Virus record (IMG/VR): IMGVR_UViG_3300028887_000001
Coordinates: 156,088-220,087 of that record
Reading direction: 5' to 3' (one strand)
From: a virus
Lineage: Duplodnaviria > Heunggongvirae > Uroviricota > Caudoviricetes
Length of the DNA stretch: 64,000 bases
Shown one piece after another: positions 1 through 9,634 of the stretch. Each line of letters opens with the position of its first letter. The first letter of the stretch is position 1. The translations under genes were made by a program, and so were the position numbers. The notes beneath the pieces were generated by a model that was not told the DNA's origin, searched no databases, and was given only the letters and a program-made list of their open reading frames with translations.

Positions 1-688
1 AACAAAATCATCCCCATAAACCATTGACATTATATTTCCGGATACATTGAATTTACAAGTTGACTTAAAATAAGAATCCTTATAACGTGTTGAATCTGCT
101 TTCCACAATATTTTATCACCAGCAGATACATCAATGGAAACCTCAATATGGTCTGTTCCGGCCATTAACAAGCCACTGTCAAAAAACCAGTCCTCAAACA
201 TTCTGTATTCATCATCGTTGAAACCACCTTGTTTGGTATCATTTTCCTTGGTTCCAACTTGCAAATCTAGAATTTTGCCATCCTCACCACCTGTTCGGCC
301 ACCGCCACCGCAGCCACCGCCACCATCATGTGTGTTAACAGTGGTAAACCAGTTTTTTCCATTATCTAATGAGTAGCTGAAACTCTTAAAATCTTCTTTT
401 GATGTTTTATCATCAAGAGAGAAACTAATAGTTCCGTCTTCAAGTATTTCAAGGGTTAAATAATCGTTAGCATAATCATGTCCTCTTGTTACCGGTTGTT
501 TCAGTAACAGTGGTGACTGTCTCAAATCGATAATTTCTTGTCCTTGTTCGCTAAAGAATGCTTGGAGTTCAGTGCGTTTTCTATCAACACGTGTAACTGG
601 AGAGAATTTAATGTCTCTTAATTCTGCTGTTGTTATAAACGCTTCTGAAGGCTTATAGCCATATGAATCATAATATTGGTCTAACATG
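1..688 (-). CDS. BspA-like LRR protein, N-terminal region (partial, runs off window start); paralog of 33669..34154 plus 33042..33620
   Basis: Hand translation of the minus strand from ATG at 688 gives MLDQYYDSYGYKPSEAFITTAELRDIKF...NVSGNIMSMVYGDDFV, matching MLDNYYDSYGYKMPEHFVTTAEIKKVKF... and ...MSLLYADDFA of the 33-34 kb copy. A poly-Gly stretch is encoded at 286..330. There is no stop codon before position 1. Confidence 0.6.
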
Positions 689-722
689 TATGGTATTATT
701 TATAATAATAAATATTGCCACA

Positions 723-1418
723 CTAATTTTTGTTTCTTTCATTGTCGAATTTGCTTGCAAATCCATGTTTTTCGCAAATATCGTTAAACACCCATCTTTC
801 TATGCATAAATTAATTGGGCTTTCTTGTATTTTTACTTTATCGAATTTAACCCCATGTCCTATTGGGACAGAATCTACTTCTTTATTTTCTCTTAGGTAT
901 TTTACGCCGTTTCTTAATCTTTTTTCATCAAAACCACATTTTTCTTCCAAATATTTCATTATATTGGATTTTTTAATGATATAGTATTCAATTCCTGTTA
1001 TATTTTTTTCTGTGATATCAACCCACTCTGGAAGAAGTTCTTTTTTATTGTGATTATTATTGAATCTATAATACATTTGAACCTCTGCATGTGGGTACAT
1101 TATTATATAATATTTAGTTTTGCTGTTTTTATCAAGAAACCACCCATCAACTTCCTCGCCTTCTCTTGTTATTTGTGAGAGTTCCATTACGTATGTTGAC
1201 AATGCCAGATTTACGTAATGTGTGCAACACTTCTCGTCAGCCGGCTCATGCTCAATCCCAAGTGATGGTATTGTCAAGTAACCATCTATACCACTTCTTT
1301 GTAGTTTACTATCATCACACCTTTTGAAACTCATGCCATTGCAATACATATGCTTATCACAAAACTTTGCAATGGCTTTTTCAATTTCCATGTCTCTTTT
1401 TCTTGTTGATTTATCCAT
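723..1418 (-). CDS. hypothetical protein (231 aa)
   Basis: Long ORF preceded by the conserved promoter motif at 1437..1460; no recognisable domain. Confidence 0.5.
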   Translation of the reverse strand: MDKSTRKRDMEIEKAIAKFCDKHMYCNGMSFKRCDDSKLQRSGIDGYLTIPSLGIEHEPADEKCCTHYVNLALSTYVMELSQITREGEEVDGWFLDKNSKTKYYIIMYPHAEVQMYYRFNNNHNKKELLPEWVDITEKNITGIEYYIIKKSNIMKYLEEKCGFDEKRLRNGVKYLRENKEVDSVPIGHGVKFDKVKIQESPINLCIERWVFNDICEKHGFASKFDNERNKN

Positions 1419-1436
1419 ACGTTTTCATATTAAATT

Positions 1437-1460
1437 CATTGCAAAAGTACTAAAAAAATC
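1437..1460 (-). promoter_or_regulatory. conserved phage promoter motif (TTTTAGTACTTTTGCAATG on the minus strand) carrying Bacteroides-type -7 box TAnnTTTG
   Basis: Forward cattgcaaaagtactaaaaaaatc lies about 20 nt upstream of the 1418 start; the same motif recurs at least 12 times in the window. Confidence 0.6.
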
Positions 1461-1539
1461 TGAATTAGGAAAAAAGTTTGATAAATTTGGTTAATTTTGA
1501 AAAAACAGTATATATTATTGTATAGACATAACATTATAT

Positions 1540-2988
1540 ATGATACCAAAAATAATACACTATTGTTGGATTAGTGGAGAAGAAAACATGCCAGAAGACA
1601 TCAAAGCCTGTGTTGAGAGTTGGCATAAATACCTTCCTGATTATGAGTTCATAAATTGGAATGACAAAAATTTTGACTGGAACATTTGTGAATTCACAAA
1701 ACACTGTAGGGAAAATAACTTATATGCATTCTGTTCTGACTATGTTAGGTTTTGGGCTCTTTACAATTATGGTGGCATATACCTAGATTGCGATGTGATG
1801 GTTTACAAATCGTTTGATGAGTTGCTTAATTTAAAAAGAATTTTAACAAAGGAAATATATTATAAAGAAAACAACTTTCCAGAGGCAGCAATAATGGGTT
1901 GTGAAAAGGGCGATGTGTTATTTGGTAAAGTTATTGAGTGGTATAATAAAACGAAAAAGAGGTTTGATTTAAATAAATTTGTTGTGTCTCCATATGTAAT
2001 GCGTAGCGTTATCGATAAAAATTACAAGGAAAAAGTTGTTTATTCCCTGGAAGATGTAAAAGATGATGAAAACAAGATATATTTCCTTGACGTTAACAAA
2101 TATTTCGATAGCGATAGTGAGGATGTTTTTGCCAAACATAATTTTAAAAATAGTTGGCACACCAATTTAATCAAAAATTTTCTTAAACACTCCAATTTCA
2201 AAATATTTTTATGCGCTCACAAACCGATTGAAAACTTTTTGCCAAGAAATAAAAGATATGTTATATTGGATGTAACAGGAAATGTTGATAACTCCTGCAA
2301 TGACAACTTTCATGAAATAATCGACATATCAAAAGATGAATTTGTTAAAACCCACAATGTTTGTTATAGTGAAGGGGCTGCAATGAGATATTTATATAAG
2401 CACCCAGATTTAATACCAGATTATATTGGATTCGGCCACTATAGAAGGGTTTTCGTAAGATTTATCGGAATGGAAAACTCAATGCCTAAATTTATTGACA
2501 GGAAAAATGCGATAATAAATACTCCGCTTGATTTCACTACAGATTTTAGGATAAATAACAAGGCTGTGGCGAGATACGACCACCCAAGAGAGGATGTAAA
2601 CGCTTTGATTGAGTGTGTAAAAGAAGTTGCTCCAGAATATTGGGACTCTTTTAATGAGTTTCTTAAAGATAAAAATGGTTATTACTGCAACTGCTTTGCG
2701 ATGAAAAAGGATGACTTCCTTGAAATGTGTGAATTCTGTTTCAGGGTACTTGATAGATTCGATGAGAAACAGGGTTATAAAAACAATGAAGATGTGAGAA
2801 AACACATGGAAAAACTAAGTCAGGAAAAGAAATTAAATATAGATAAGGTAGATTGGCAGTCAAGACTTCAGGGTTTTCTGCTAGAATATTTAACAGACAC
2901 CTTTTATCGCCATAAATCTTGGATTGATGGGTGTTGTAAATCACAGGCAAAAATGCCAATTATGAGTGTAAATACAAATATTTTATGA
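1540..2988 (+). CDS. two-domain glycosyltransferase: N-terminal GT32-like DXD sugar-binding domain plus C-terminal putative galactofuranosyltransferase-like domain
   Basis: N-terminus IIHYCWISGEE...YAFCSDYVRFWALYNYGGIYLDCDVMV is the classic Gly_transf_sug / capsular polysaccharide synthesis DXD region. The C-terminal roughly 250 aa (FLCAHKPIENF...GFGHYRR) is shared with its paralog. glf is immediately downstream. Confidence 0.75.
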   Translation: MIPKIIHYCWISGEENMPEDIKACVESWHKYLPDYEFINWNDKNFDWNICEFTKHCRENNLYAFCSDYVRFWALYNYGGIYLDCDVMVYKSFDELLNLKRILTKEIYYKENNFPEAAIMGCEKGDVLFGKVIEWYNKTKKRFDLNKFVVSPYVMRSVIDKNYKEKVVYSLEDVKDDENKIYFLDVNKYFDSDSEDVFAKHNFKNSWHTNLIKNFLKHSNFKIFLCAHKPIENFLPRNKRYVILDVTGNVDNSCNDNFHEIIDISKDEFVKTHNVCYSEGAAMRYLYKHPDLIPDYIGFGHYRRVFVRFIGMENSMPKFIDRKNAIINTPLDFTTDFRINNKAVARYDHPREDVNALIECVKEVAPEYWDSFNEFLKDKNGYYCNCFAMKKDDFLEMCEFCFRVLDRFDEKQGYKNNEDVRKHMEKLSQEKKLNIDKVDWQSRLQGFLLEYLTDTFYRHKSWIDGCCKSQAKMPIMSVNTNIL

Positions 2989-4478
2989 TACCAAAAATAA
3001 TACACTACTGCTGGATAAGCAGTGAAGAAAACATGCCGGAAGACATTAAATCGTGTTTGGAAAGCTGGAAGAAACATCTTCCTGATTATGAGTTCATAAA
3101 CTGGAATGATGAACGATTTGATTGGAACATTTGTGAATTCACAAAATGGCATAGAGAGCATAATGAGTATGCGTTTTGTTCAGACTATGTTAGGTTTTGG
3201 GCTCTTTACAATTATGGCGGCATATACCTGGATTGTGATGTGATGGTTTACAAATCATTCGATGAATTGCTTAATTTAAAAAGAATTCTAACAAAGGAAT
3301 GGACTTACCGTTACAACAACTATCTTGATGCTGCGATTATTGGATGTGAACAGGGGGATGATGCTTTCAAAAAGATTTTAGACTATTATAATAATTGTGA
3401 CGAGCACTTTACAACTGAAAAAAATACAATTGCTCCCCTTATTATGAAATGGTGCTGGTCTGATTATAAATTTAATCCAATCAATAAACTATCAAATGAA
3501 ATTAAGGATGACAAAACAATAAACATATTGAATGTTGATAAATATTTCAGCGTTTCTAGTGATGAATGCTTTGCACAGCATTGCTTTAAGGGAAGTTGGT
3601 GGAGAAAAACTGAAAAAATAAACTGCCTCAAGACAGATAATATAAAAGTGTTCTTGTGCGCCCATAAGCCAATTGAAAACTTCATCCCAGAAGATAAGAA
3701 ATATGTTATTTTGGCTCAAAATAAGGGTATTTCCTATAAAACAAATGAAATCATCGACATATCAGATGATGAGTTTACAAAATCACACAACGTCTGCTAT
3801 GGTGAAGGGTGTGGTATGAGATATTTGTACAACCACCCAGAATTGATACCAGACTACATTTGCTTTGGGCATTACAGGAGATATTTCACGGAATTTGTTG
3901 GGTGTGAGAGGTTTATGCCGCAAATAATTGACAGTTGTGGCGCAATTGTAAAGAAACCGTTTGACCACACAAATGACGATAGGATTTATAACAAAAGGGG
4001 TATGTATTTTGACCACCCAAGTGATGATATAGACATGTTTATTAAATGTGTTAAATATGTTGCGCCAGAGTATTGGTATACATTCAACGACCTTTTAAAT
4101 GACCATTATCAATATGCTTGCAATATCTTCGCAATGAAAAAAGAAGATTTTCTTGAGATGTGCGAAATGTGTTTCAGTGTTCTTGACCATTTTGACAAGC
4201 TTCAGGGTTATAAAAACAATGAGGATGTGAAGAAGAAAATGGAGAAGAATCCATATATACATAACATGCCATTTGGTTTTGAGTGGCAAATCAGGCTAGA
4301 AGGGTTCCTGTTGGAATGGTTAACAGAACTTTATTATAGGCAAAAGTTTGGCGTTGAAAATTGCTATAAAGCAGAAGTTGGTAATTTATATAACAACAAC
4401 GTTAACATAGATGAAAAATATACTAGTAATAGGAAGTGGCTTAACTGGGGCTACACTAGCCAAAAAGCACAAGGATAA
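2985..4478 (+). CDS. paralogous two-domain glycosyltransferase (tandem duplicate of 1540..2988)
   Basis: The first roughly 105 aa are about 90% identical to the upstream gene at protein and DNA level; the C-terminal domain has diverged. ATGA start/stop overlap at 2985..2988. Confidence 0.75.
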   Translation: MIPKIIHYCWISSEENMPEDIKSCLESWKKHLPDYEFINWNDERFDWNICEFTKWHREHNEYAFCSDYVRFWALYNYGGIYLDCDVMVYKSFDELLNLKRILTKEWTYRYNNYLDAAIIGCEQGDDAFKKILDYYNNCDEHFTTEKNTIAPLIMKWCWSDYKFNPINKLSNEIKDDKTINILNVDKYFSVSSDECFAQHCFKGSWWRKTEKINCLKTDNIKVFLCAHKPIENFIPEDKKYVILAQNKGISYKTNEIIDISDDEFTKSHNVCYGEGCGMRYLYNHPELIPDYICFGHYRRYFTEFVGCERFMPQIIDSCGAIVKKPFDHTNDDRIYNKRGMYFDHPSDDIDMFIKCVKYVAPEYWYTFNDLLNDHYQYACNIFAMKKEDFLEMCEMCFSVLDHFDKLQGYKNNEDVKKKMEKNPYIHNMPFGFEWQIRLEGFLLEWLTELYYRQKFGVENCYKAEVGNLYNNNVNIDEKYTSNRKWLNWGYTSQKAQG

Positions 4479-5442
4479 TGGCGATAGAGTAACGGTTATA
4501 GAAAAGAGAGACCATTTTGGTGGAAACATATACACCGAAAATATTGATGGTATATGTGTTCATAAATATGGTGCACACATATTCCACACTTCTGACAAAG
4601 AGGTGTGGGATTTTGTTAACCAATTTGTGCATTTCAATAACTACAGGCATCAGGTTAAAACAAGATATAATGACAAGCTCTATAGTCTGCCAATAAACAT
4701 GAACACATTCAATGAGTTCTTTAACATATCAAATCCAGATGATATAAAACAGGAACACATTGATAAGATTCACGAGGCTCTTTTCCATGGATATAGTTCA
4801 AAACAATGGGGGAAATCAATCGATGAAATAAATAAAGATGTGTTCAAGAGGTTACCATTAAGAAAAACATTCAACAATGATTATTTTGATGATACATACC
4901 AGGGTATTCCCATTGAAGGATATACAAGCTTAATAGAATCACTATTACAGGGCACAAAAAGAAAAACCGGAATAAAGGTAACCAAAGATTTTGATTTCTC
5001 CACATATGATATAATATATAATACAGGGCCAATTGATGAATTCTTTAATTATGAACTTGGAAAGCTTGAATATAGAAGCCTTGAATTCAGCACAAAGAAA
5101 TTAGAAAAGCAATACTATCAAGATTTTGCTGTCATTAATGAAGCCAATTATGAAGTCAAATATACAAGAACGATTGAACATAAACACTTCAATGATACAA
5201 ACAAAAGCTACACAATAGTAACAAAAGAATACCCAAGACCATATAATGGAGACAATGAACCTTATTATACAATTAATGATGATAAGAATAACACATTATA
5301 TGAAAAATACAAGGAATTGGCAAAGGAAAGGTTTCCTAATATGATATTTTGTGGCAGACTTGGCGCTTATAAGTATTATGACATGGACGATGCAATAAGA
5401 GAAGCATTAAACATATTCTCAAAACAAAAAGAGCAACTTTAA
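4411..5442 (+). CDS. glf: UDP-galactopyranose mutase
   Basis: ILVIGSGLTGATLA...IEKRDHFGGN...HKYGAHIFHT...LPINMNTFNEFF...YQGIP..GYT...YTGPIDEFFNYELGKLEYRSLEF...EPYY.INDDKN...GRLG.YKYYDMD is collinear with bacterial Glf along its full length. Confidence 0.9.
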   Translation: MKNILVIGSGLTGATLAKKHKDNGDRVTVIEKRDHFGGNIYTENIDGICVHKYGAHIFHTSDKEVWDFVNQFVHFNNYRHQVKTRYNDKLYSLPINMNTFNEFFNISNPDDIKQEHIDKIHEALFHGYSSKQWGKSIDEINKDVFKRLPLRKTFNNDYFDDTYQGIPIEGYTSLIESLLQGTKRKTGIKVTKDFDFSTYDIIYNTGPIDEFFNYELGKLEYRSLEFSTKKLEKQYYQDFAVINEANYEVKYTRTIEHKHFNDTNKSYTIVTKEYPRPYNGDNEPYYTINDDKNNTLYEKYKELAKERFPNMIFCGRLGAYKYYDMDDAIREALNIFSKQKEQL

Positions 5443-5460
5443 TCCGGTTGCTCTTTTTAT
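5431..5460. terminator. bidirectional rho-independent terminator
   Basis: Stem gagcaac/gttgctc with a T-run, between the converging glf and nuclease genes; the glf stop codon sits in the loop. Confidence 0.6.
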
Positions 5461-5462
5461 GA

Positions 5463-6335
5463 CTAAATCACATCTTTCAACGTGTCAGTAACATCATCAA
5501 CAGGTATCTTATCATACGTTCCGTCTTCTTTAAGCCATACGATTATCCTATGTGTCATTTTATATCCAAGCTGTTCAAGACACAATGAATACAGGCTTAA
5601 TTGTAATGTATAGTGAGACAGTGATTCGTCAACCATATTATCAAATGGCGGCAATAACATCTTTCCATAAGCTCTATTGTATGAATTTGTCAATGATGCG
5701 TTTGTCTTCCAGTCTGCTAAAAATGGCTTTATAATACCATCTTTTCCCCTTGCTGCGAATAACATGTCAAACGTGCCGCAATAATCATTCTTAAGGTGCA
5801 GCGTATCATTATAACAACTATACACCTTTGCCTCAGGCATTACAGGCCACACATTATGGTTATTAAGCATATCTTCGTAAAACTTTGATGCCGCAATCTG
5901 TTTATTGCCATAAGGTATCAAATAGCCATCTTCAAACTGTCTATGTTTTGTGTATTCAGGCATTTCGTCAAATCTACCTTGAAAGAATAGCATTGCAGCC
6001 TCAGAAAACTCATGAACTATTGTTCCATTAGATGTTGATTTAAGATTATTCTCTCTCCATGCACGTTTCAACACCTCTGGGTCAATACCTTCTTTTGCTG
6101 CTTTCTTTATCCTTATTGCATCCCAATCAACCTCTGGCTCAAATTGCTTTAATACAGAGCTAACTGACGGCAATTCTATAGCATCACCATTTGGCTTATG
6201 TAATAGGTATTTATGTGGTTCTTCAAAGAACTCAAGGTCTTTGAATGCGTCTGTTATTCTATCTCGCATTTCCTTAACCTCTGGTGGTTCTGGACACAAT
6301 GCAAGTCTTGCTTCAATATCTGATACGTGTAACAT
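5463..6335 (-). CDS. PD-(D/E)xK family nuclease (RecB/Cas4/YqaJ-like exonuclease fold)
   Basis: Motif GTFDMLFA...FLADWKT is D...(D/E)xK-like; its position fits a phage recombination exonuclease. Confidence 0.5.
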   Translation of the reverse strand: MLHVSDIEARLALCPEPPEVKEMRDRITDAFKDLEFFEEPHKYLLHKPNGDAIELPSVSSVLKQFEPEVDWDAIRIKKAAKEGIDPEVLKRAWRENNLKSTSNGTIVHEFSEAAMLFFQGRFDEMPEYTKHRQFEDGYLIPYGNKQIAASKFYEDMLNNHNVWPVMPEAKVYSCYNDTLHLKNDYCGTFDMLFAARGKDGIIKPFLADWKTNASLTNSYNRAYGKMLLPPFDNMVDESLSHYTLQLSLYSLCLEQLGYKMTHRIIVWLKEDGTYDKIPVDDVTDTLKDVI

Positions 6336-6338
6336 GAT

Positions 6339-6770
6339 TTAAAGTTTGTTTGACAATTCACGCATATTATTTACATAGCATGTTATTGACTTGTTTGGCG
6401 CAATATTATTAACCAACCTCATAATTGCATCAAATGACTTCCTTTCATGCTTTTCCCAAGTCCCTTCATCCAATACAGCAAACACAACATAATCAACAGA
6501 TGTTCCATACATGTTTGCAAGATGTGCAGAATGAACAATTTCTGCAATTGAATATGTCCCCATCATTTCTTTTGTGATTACATAGAGATGGACATTGCAC
6601 TTGTGATTTTTTTCTTCTTCCTCAACTTCCTGGCATTCTGGTGTCCAATCTTTCACCACTGGGTTGAAGTATTCAATACCCTTTTCATCCAAAAGCGGCA
6701 TTAATTCGTCTCTCCATGTTGTTTCGGCACATGTGCCACCCAAAAACATTCTAATTTTAATATTTTCCAT
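6339..6770 (-). CDS. nucleoside 2-deoxyribosyltransferase-like / dNMP N-hydrolase-like fold protein
   Basis: N-terminal KIRMFLGG and a GTYSIAEIVHSA segment resemble the G-T-x-x-E-x-G catalytic Glu region of NDT/Rcl-family enzymes. Only 17 nt downstream of the IMPDH-like gene and 3 nt upstream of the nuclease start. Confidence 0.4.
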   Translation of the reverse strand: MENIKIRMFLGGTCAETTWRDELMPLLDEKGIEYFNPVVKDWTPECQEVEEEEKNHKCNVHLYVITKEMMGTYSIAEIVHSAHLANMYGTSVDYVVFAVLDEGTWEKHERKSFDAIMRLVNNIAPNKSITCYVNNMRELSNKL

Positions 6771-6787
6771 ATAATTATAATTATAAT

Positions 6788-7948
6788 TTATTTATTAATT
6801 GCTGCTTGTTCTCTTTGGCTTAATAATCTTGTTTCAACATTTTCTGGGTTGAAATCGTTTACATCCGTTACATCACAATAAGACATCGCTGATGCGAGGA
6901 AATCATTCATGTTTTCTGTCCACTTTTTTATAGATGTCTTACATTCAAGTATAACTTCCTTACCTTCTGAAGTCCTCTTCTTCTTCCCAAATAAATCAAT
7001 TTGGCCCTGCTTTGATGCCATGCCATAAAACCTTTTATAGAGTTTTTTTACTTGAATTGAACAGACTGGTTCATTCTTAGCATCCAATGATGTAATTTGG
7101 AAAACACCATCATTTTCTTCAATGACAGTATTTTTATCAAATTGGTCAACAAAATTCTTTTCACGAAGCTCAACATGACCTACTGTTGAAAAATAGAATG
7201 TTTCTGCACAAGATTCAATTAGGGAAGATAACAGCCCACCAATCATAACATAATCTGCGCCAAGTGCTAAAGCTTTATTTACATCATCATAATTCCTAAT
7301 ACCACCATCAGCAATAATCTTGGTCACACACTTATAAGATGTAAAAAGGTTCTGAATATCAGATTCAACTTCCTTCTTTTGCTTATATGTTTCATTTATT
7401 AGGGTTGCAATACCCATATGAACCCCTAAATTACTTGCAGAAAGGCAACCAGCGCCAGAACCAATGGCCAACCTAACATAATCAATCCCAGCCCTACAAT
7501 ATTCCTTATATGTTTCTGGATTTGAAATGTTTCCAGTCATCAAAATAATGTTATTGCCATATTTTTCCTTTGCTTGCTTTGCAATTTCAAAAATTGTTGT
7601 TAAATTGCCCTTTGCCAGGTCAATACAAATTTTTGTTTCTGGGTTAACAGATTCATTTTCACTGACAAAAGTTTTGAATTCATTTAATGAATATGAAACC
7701 CAAATACCGCTTTTTACTAATTCATTTCTTTTTTCTATATTTACTGTTCTTGGTATAATTGGAATTATGCCATTGTCTTTAAACACCTTGTAGTTTTTTT
7801 CATTTAATACAGAACTCATTGGTGCTGTGAATATCGGCAACATTCCGTCCTTCTTTGTGTTACACTCAGAACGATGTTCAACATCACTTGTTATGGCGTC
7901 GAGTATGCATACATCACCATATCCATAAGTCATTTCTTCTTTAAACAT
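6788..7948 (-). CDS. IMP dehydrogenase / GMP reductase family TIM-barrel protein
   Basis: PIFTAPMSSV, the GSGAGCLSAS loop containing the catalytic Cys, and ADGGIRNYDDVNKALALGADYVMIGG match IMPDH/GuaC signature regions. Confidence 0.65.
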   Translation of the reverse strand: MFKEEMTYGYGDVCILDAITSDVEHRSECNTKKDGMLPIFTAPMSSVLNEKNYKVFKDNGIIPIIPRTVNIEKRNELVKSGIWVSYSLNEFKTFVSENESVNPETKICIDLAKGNLTTIFEIAKQAKEKYGNNIILMTGNISNPETYKEYCRAGIDYVRLAIGSGAGCLSASNLGVHMGIATLINETYKQKKEVESDIQNLFTSYKCVTKIIADGGIRNYDDVNKALALGADYVMIGGLLSSLIESCAETFYFSTVGHVELREKNFVDQFDKNTVIEENDGVFQITSLDAKNEPVCSIQVKKLYKRFYGMASKQGQIDLFGKKKRTSEGKEVILECKTSIKKWTENMNDFLASAMSYCDVTDVNDFNPENVETRLLSQREQAAINK

Positions 7949-7971
7949 ATCTCAATTCTTTTATAATTTCA

Positions 7972-7993
7972 TGGCAAAGATACTAAAAAAAAA
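7972..7993 (-). promoter_or_regulatory. conserved promoter motif (minus-strand TTTTAGTATCTTTGCC)
   Basis: Forward tggcaaagatactaaaaaaaaa lies about 25 nt upstream of the 7948 start. Confidence 0.55.
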
Positions 7994-8002
7994 TGACATA
8001 AT

Positions 8003-8034
8003 AAAAAAAAGACCCCAAAATTAATTGAGGTCTT
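8003..8034 (-). terminator. rho-independent terminator
   Basis: Minus strand reads aagacc...ggtctt hairpin followed by T8. Confidence 0.55.
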
Positions 8035-8098
8035 GCTATTATTTTAAGAAATTAAAAACCTTATCCAATTGTTACATGGACTTGTTTTCTAGATAACA

Positions 8099-9616
8099 CT
8101 AATATTCACCGGCATCGATTACCATTCTTTTCACATCTTCAACCCAATCATAATATGTACCAAAAATAATTTCTTGATTCCCAAACTCATCTTCAATACA
8201 GGTACATTCTATGATTTTATAATAGTCAGATGTGCCTCTATAGTATAAATCACCATCACCCCCTGTAATAAGATTGAATTTATCACCGTTGTTCAATTGC
8301 TTTGAGTCCCAATATTGTCCGTTCCAATGACTAAGTATGCATTTATAAAGCGTGATTGGAATTTCATCGTTATCAGACAAACCCCTCTGAGCAATAAAAT
8401 CATCACCACCGTTTATTTCTCTATCATAATCAATTAATACACAATTTGATTCACCGGAAACAGAAAGAGAATTAGAGTCAAAATTAAGATTTATTGCAAT
8501 CCACGCTTGTTTTAACTCTGGGAAGTTTATCACTTTATATGTATTTCCAAGAATATTCTCAAAGTCACTAGCATAATCACCACAAATATCTCTAACAAGT
8601 CTTATTGAACACCAAACATCACCAGTGTCAAAGAATTGGAAAACACCATCACTATCTGAAGTAAACCCTTTAATGAAATTGTGTCCAGGTTCGTATTCTG
8701 TATCAGTCCAGAAACCACACATTGTGCTTATACCATTTGCTGATGATGCTGAAATGTATCCACTTGGTGTTGCAAAGAATCCATATAAATCAAGGTTTTC
8801 ATTGCCTTGCCAATAATCAACGCTCTTGAGCATTTTTCCACACACTTCACCTTGTGCATCTTCAATGGAAACGGAATCACCACTGATAACATCATCACAG
8901 ACATCTGCATATGTAAGTAGTTTGTCCCAATCTTCTTGTGTTGGGACTCTCCAAGCACTTAATTCTCTTGCAAGGGCCTCTTTTACTGCCTCCAAACCTT
9001 CTTTTGAATACAATCTACCAAATAGAGAAAATGGTTCATAATGAACAACTCTATAACCTATTTCTGGTTCTTCAAATGAACCAGAACCCTTCTGTTGATT
9101 TTTTTCGTTGTAACCGCCTTTCGGCACAAGTTCATTAACAGTCTTATAGTATCCTGTTTTTTCGACATTTGATATTCCAAGAGGATTACATTCAGTTCCT
9201 GCGCCATGAAGTGTTGAATCGTGTACCGAACCACCTTGCGAATCTTCACAAAGGAAACCACTTATAGTTGTTGAGTGTTCTCCTGATGTATCCGTCCAGT
9301 TAAGTGTTAATATACCATCATCAGACAAGCTTCCGTTTAAATTAATATCAATTGATTGTGGCGTTAATCCAGAAACAAGTTCTTCTAATTTTTCATCAAA
9401 TTCATCACGAACACACGAAATATCCACACTTATCTCATCTCCGTTGTTTCTGATAATGTCAATAATCATGTTTTCGCAATCGAATGTCGCTGCGCTTATG
9501 TCATTATCCTTGAATGCCAGAAAATTATCATCAATATCAGCCGTTGTGAGTTTACAATTCATTGTAACGTCTTCTGGATATGGTGATACGAGTTTATAAA
9601 ACTTTATGCTTTCCAT
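8099..9616 (-). CDS. hypothetical protein (505 aa), possible virion or tail-associated protein
   Basis: Long ORF rich in Gly/Asp/Ser, no enzymatic motifs; forms a pair with the downstream 494-aa ORF. Confidence 0.4.
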   Translation of the reverse strand: MESIKFYKLVSPYPEDVTMNCKLTTADIDDNFLAFKDNDISAATFDCENMIIDIIRNNGDEISVDISCVRDEFDEKLEELVSGLTPQSIDINLNGSLSDDGILTLNWTDTSGEHSTTISGFLCEDSQGGSVHDSTLHGAGTECNPLGISNVEKTGYYKTVNELVPKGGYNEKNQQKGSGSFEEPEIGYRVVHYEPFSLFGRLYSKEGLEAVKEALARELSAWRVPTQEDWDKLLTYADVCDDVISGDSVSIEDAQGEVCGKMLKSVDYWQGNENLDLYGFFATPSGYISASSANGISTMCGFWTDTEYEPGHNFIKGFTSDSDGVFQFFDTGDVWCSIRLVRDICGDYASDFENILGNTYKVINFPELKQAWIAINLNFDSNSLSVSGESNCVLIDYDREINGGDDFIAQRGLSDNDEIPITLYKCILSHWNGQYWDSKQLNNGDKFNLITGGDGDLYYRGTSDYYKIIECTCIEDEFGNQEIIFGTYYDWVEDVKRMVIDAGEY

Positions 9617-9634
9617 ATATTATCTTATAAATTT

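Noticed and set aside
134-376. Plus-strand 80-aa ORF rich in proline (PPPPQPPPP)
   Set aside because: It is the antisense shadow of the poly-Gly-encoding segment of the minus-strand LRR-protein gene that fills 1..688; it is not an independent gene.
730-984. Numerous short ORFs (60-130 aa) on the strand opposite long genes (e.g. 730..984, 7527..7793, 8625..9138, 26096..27205, 39525..40357, 48593..49025)
   Set aside because: They lie entirely within longer, motif-bearing ORFs on the other strand, have low-complexity composition typical of antisense frames in AT-rich DNA, and have no promoter motifs.
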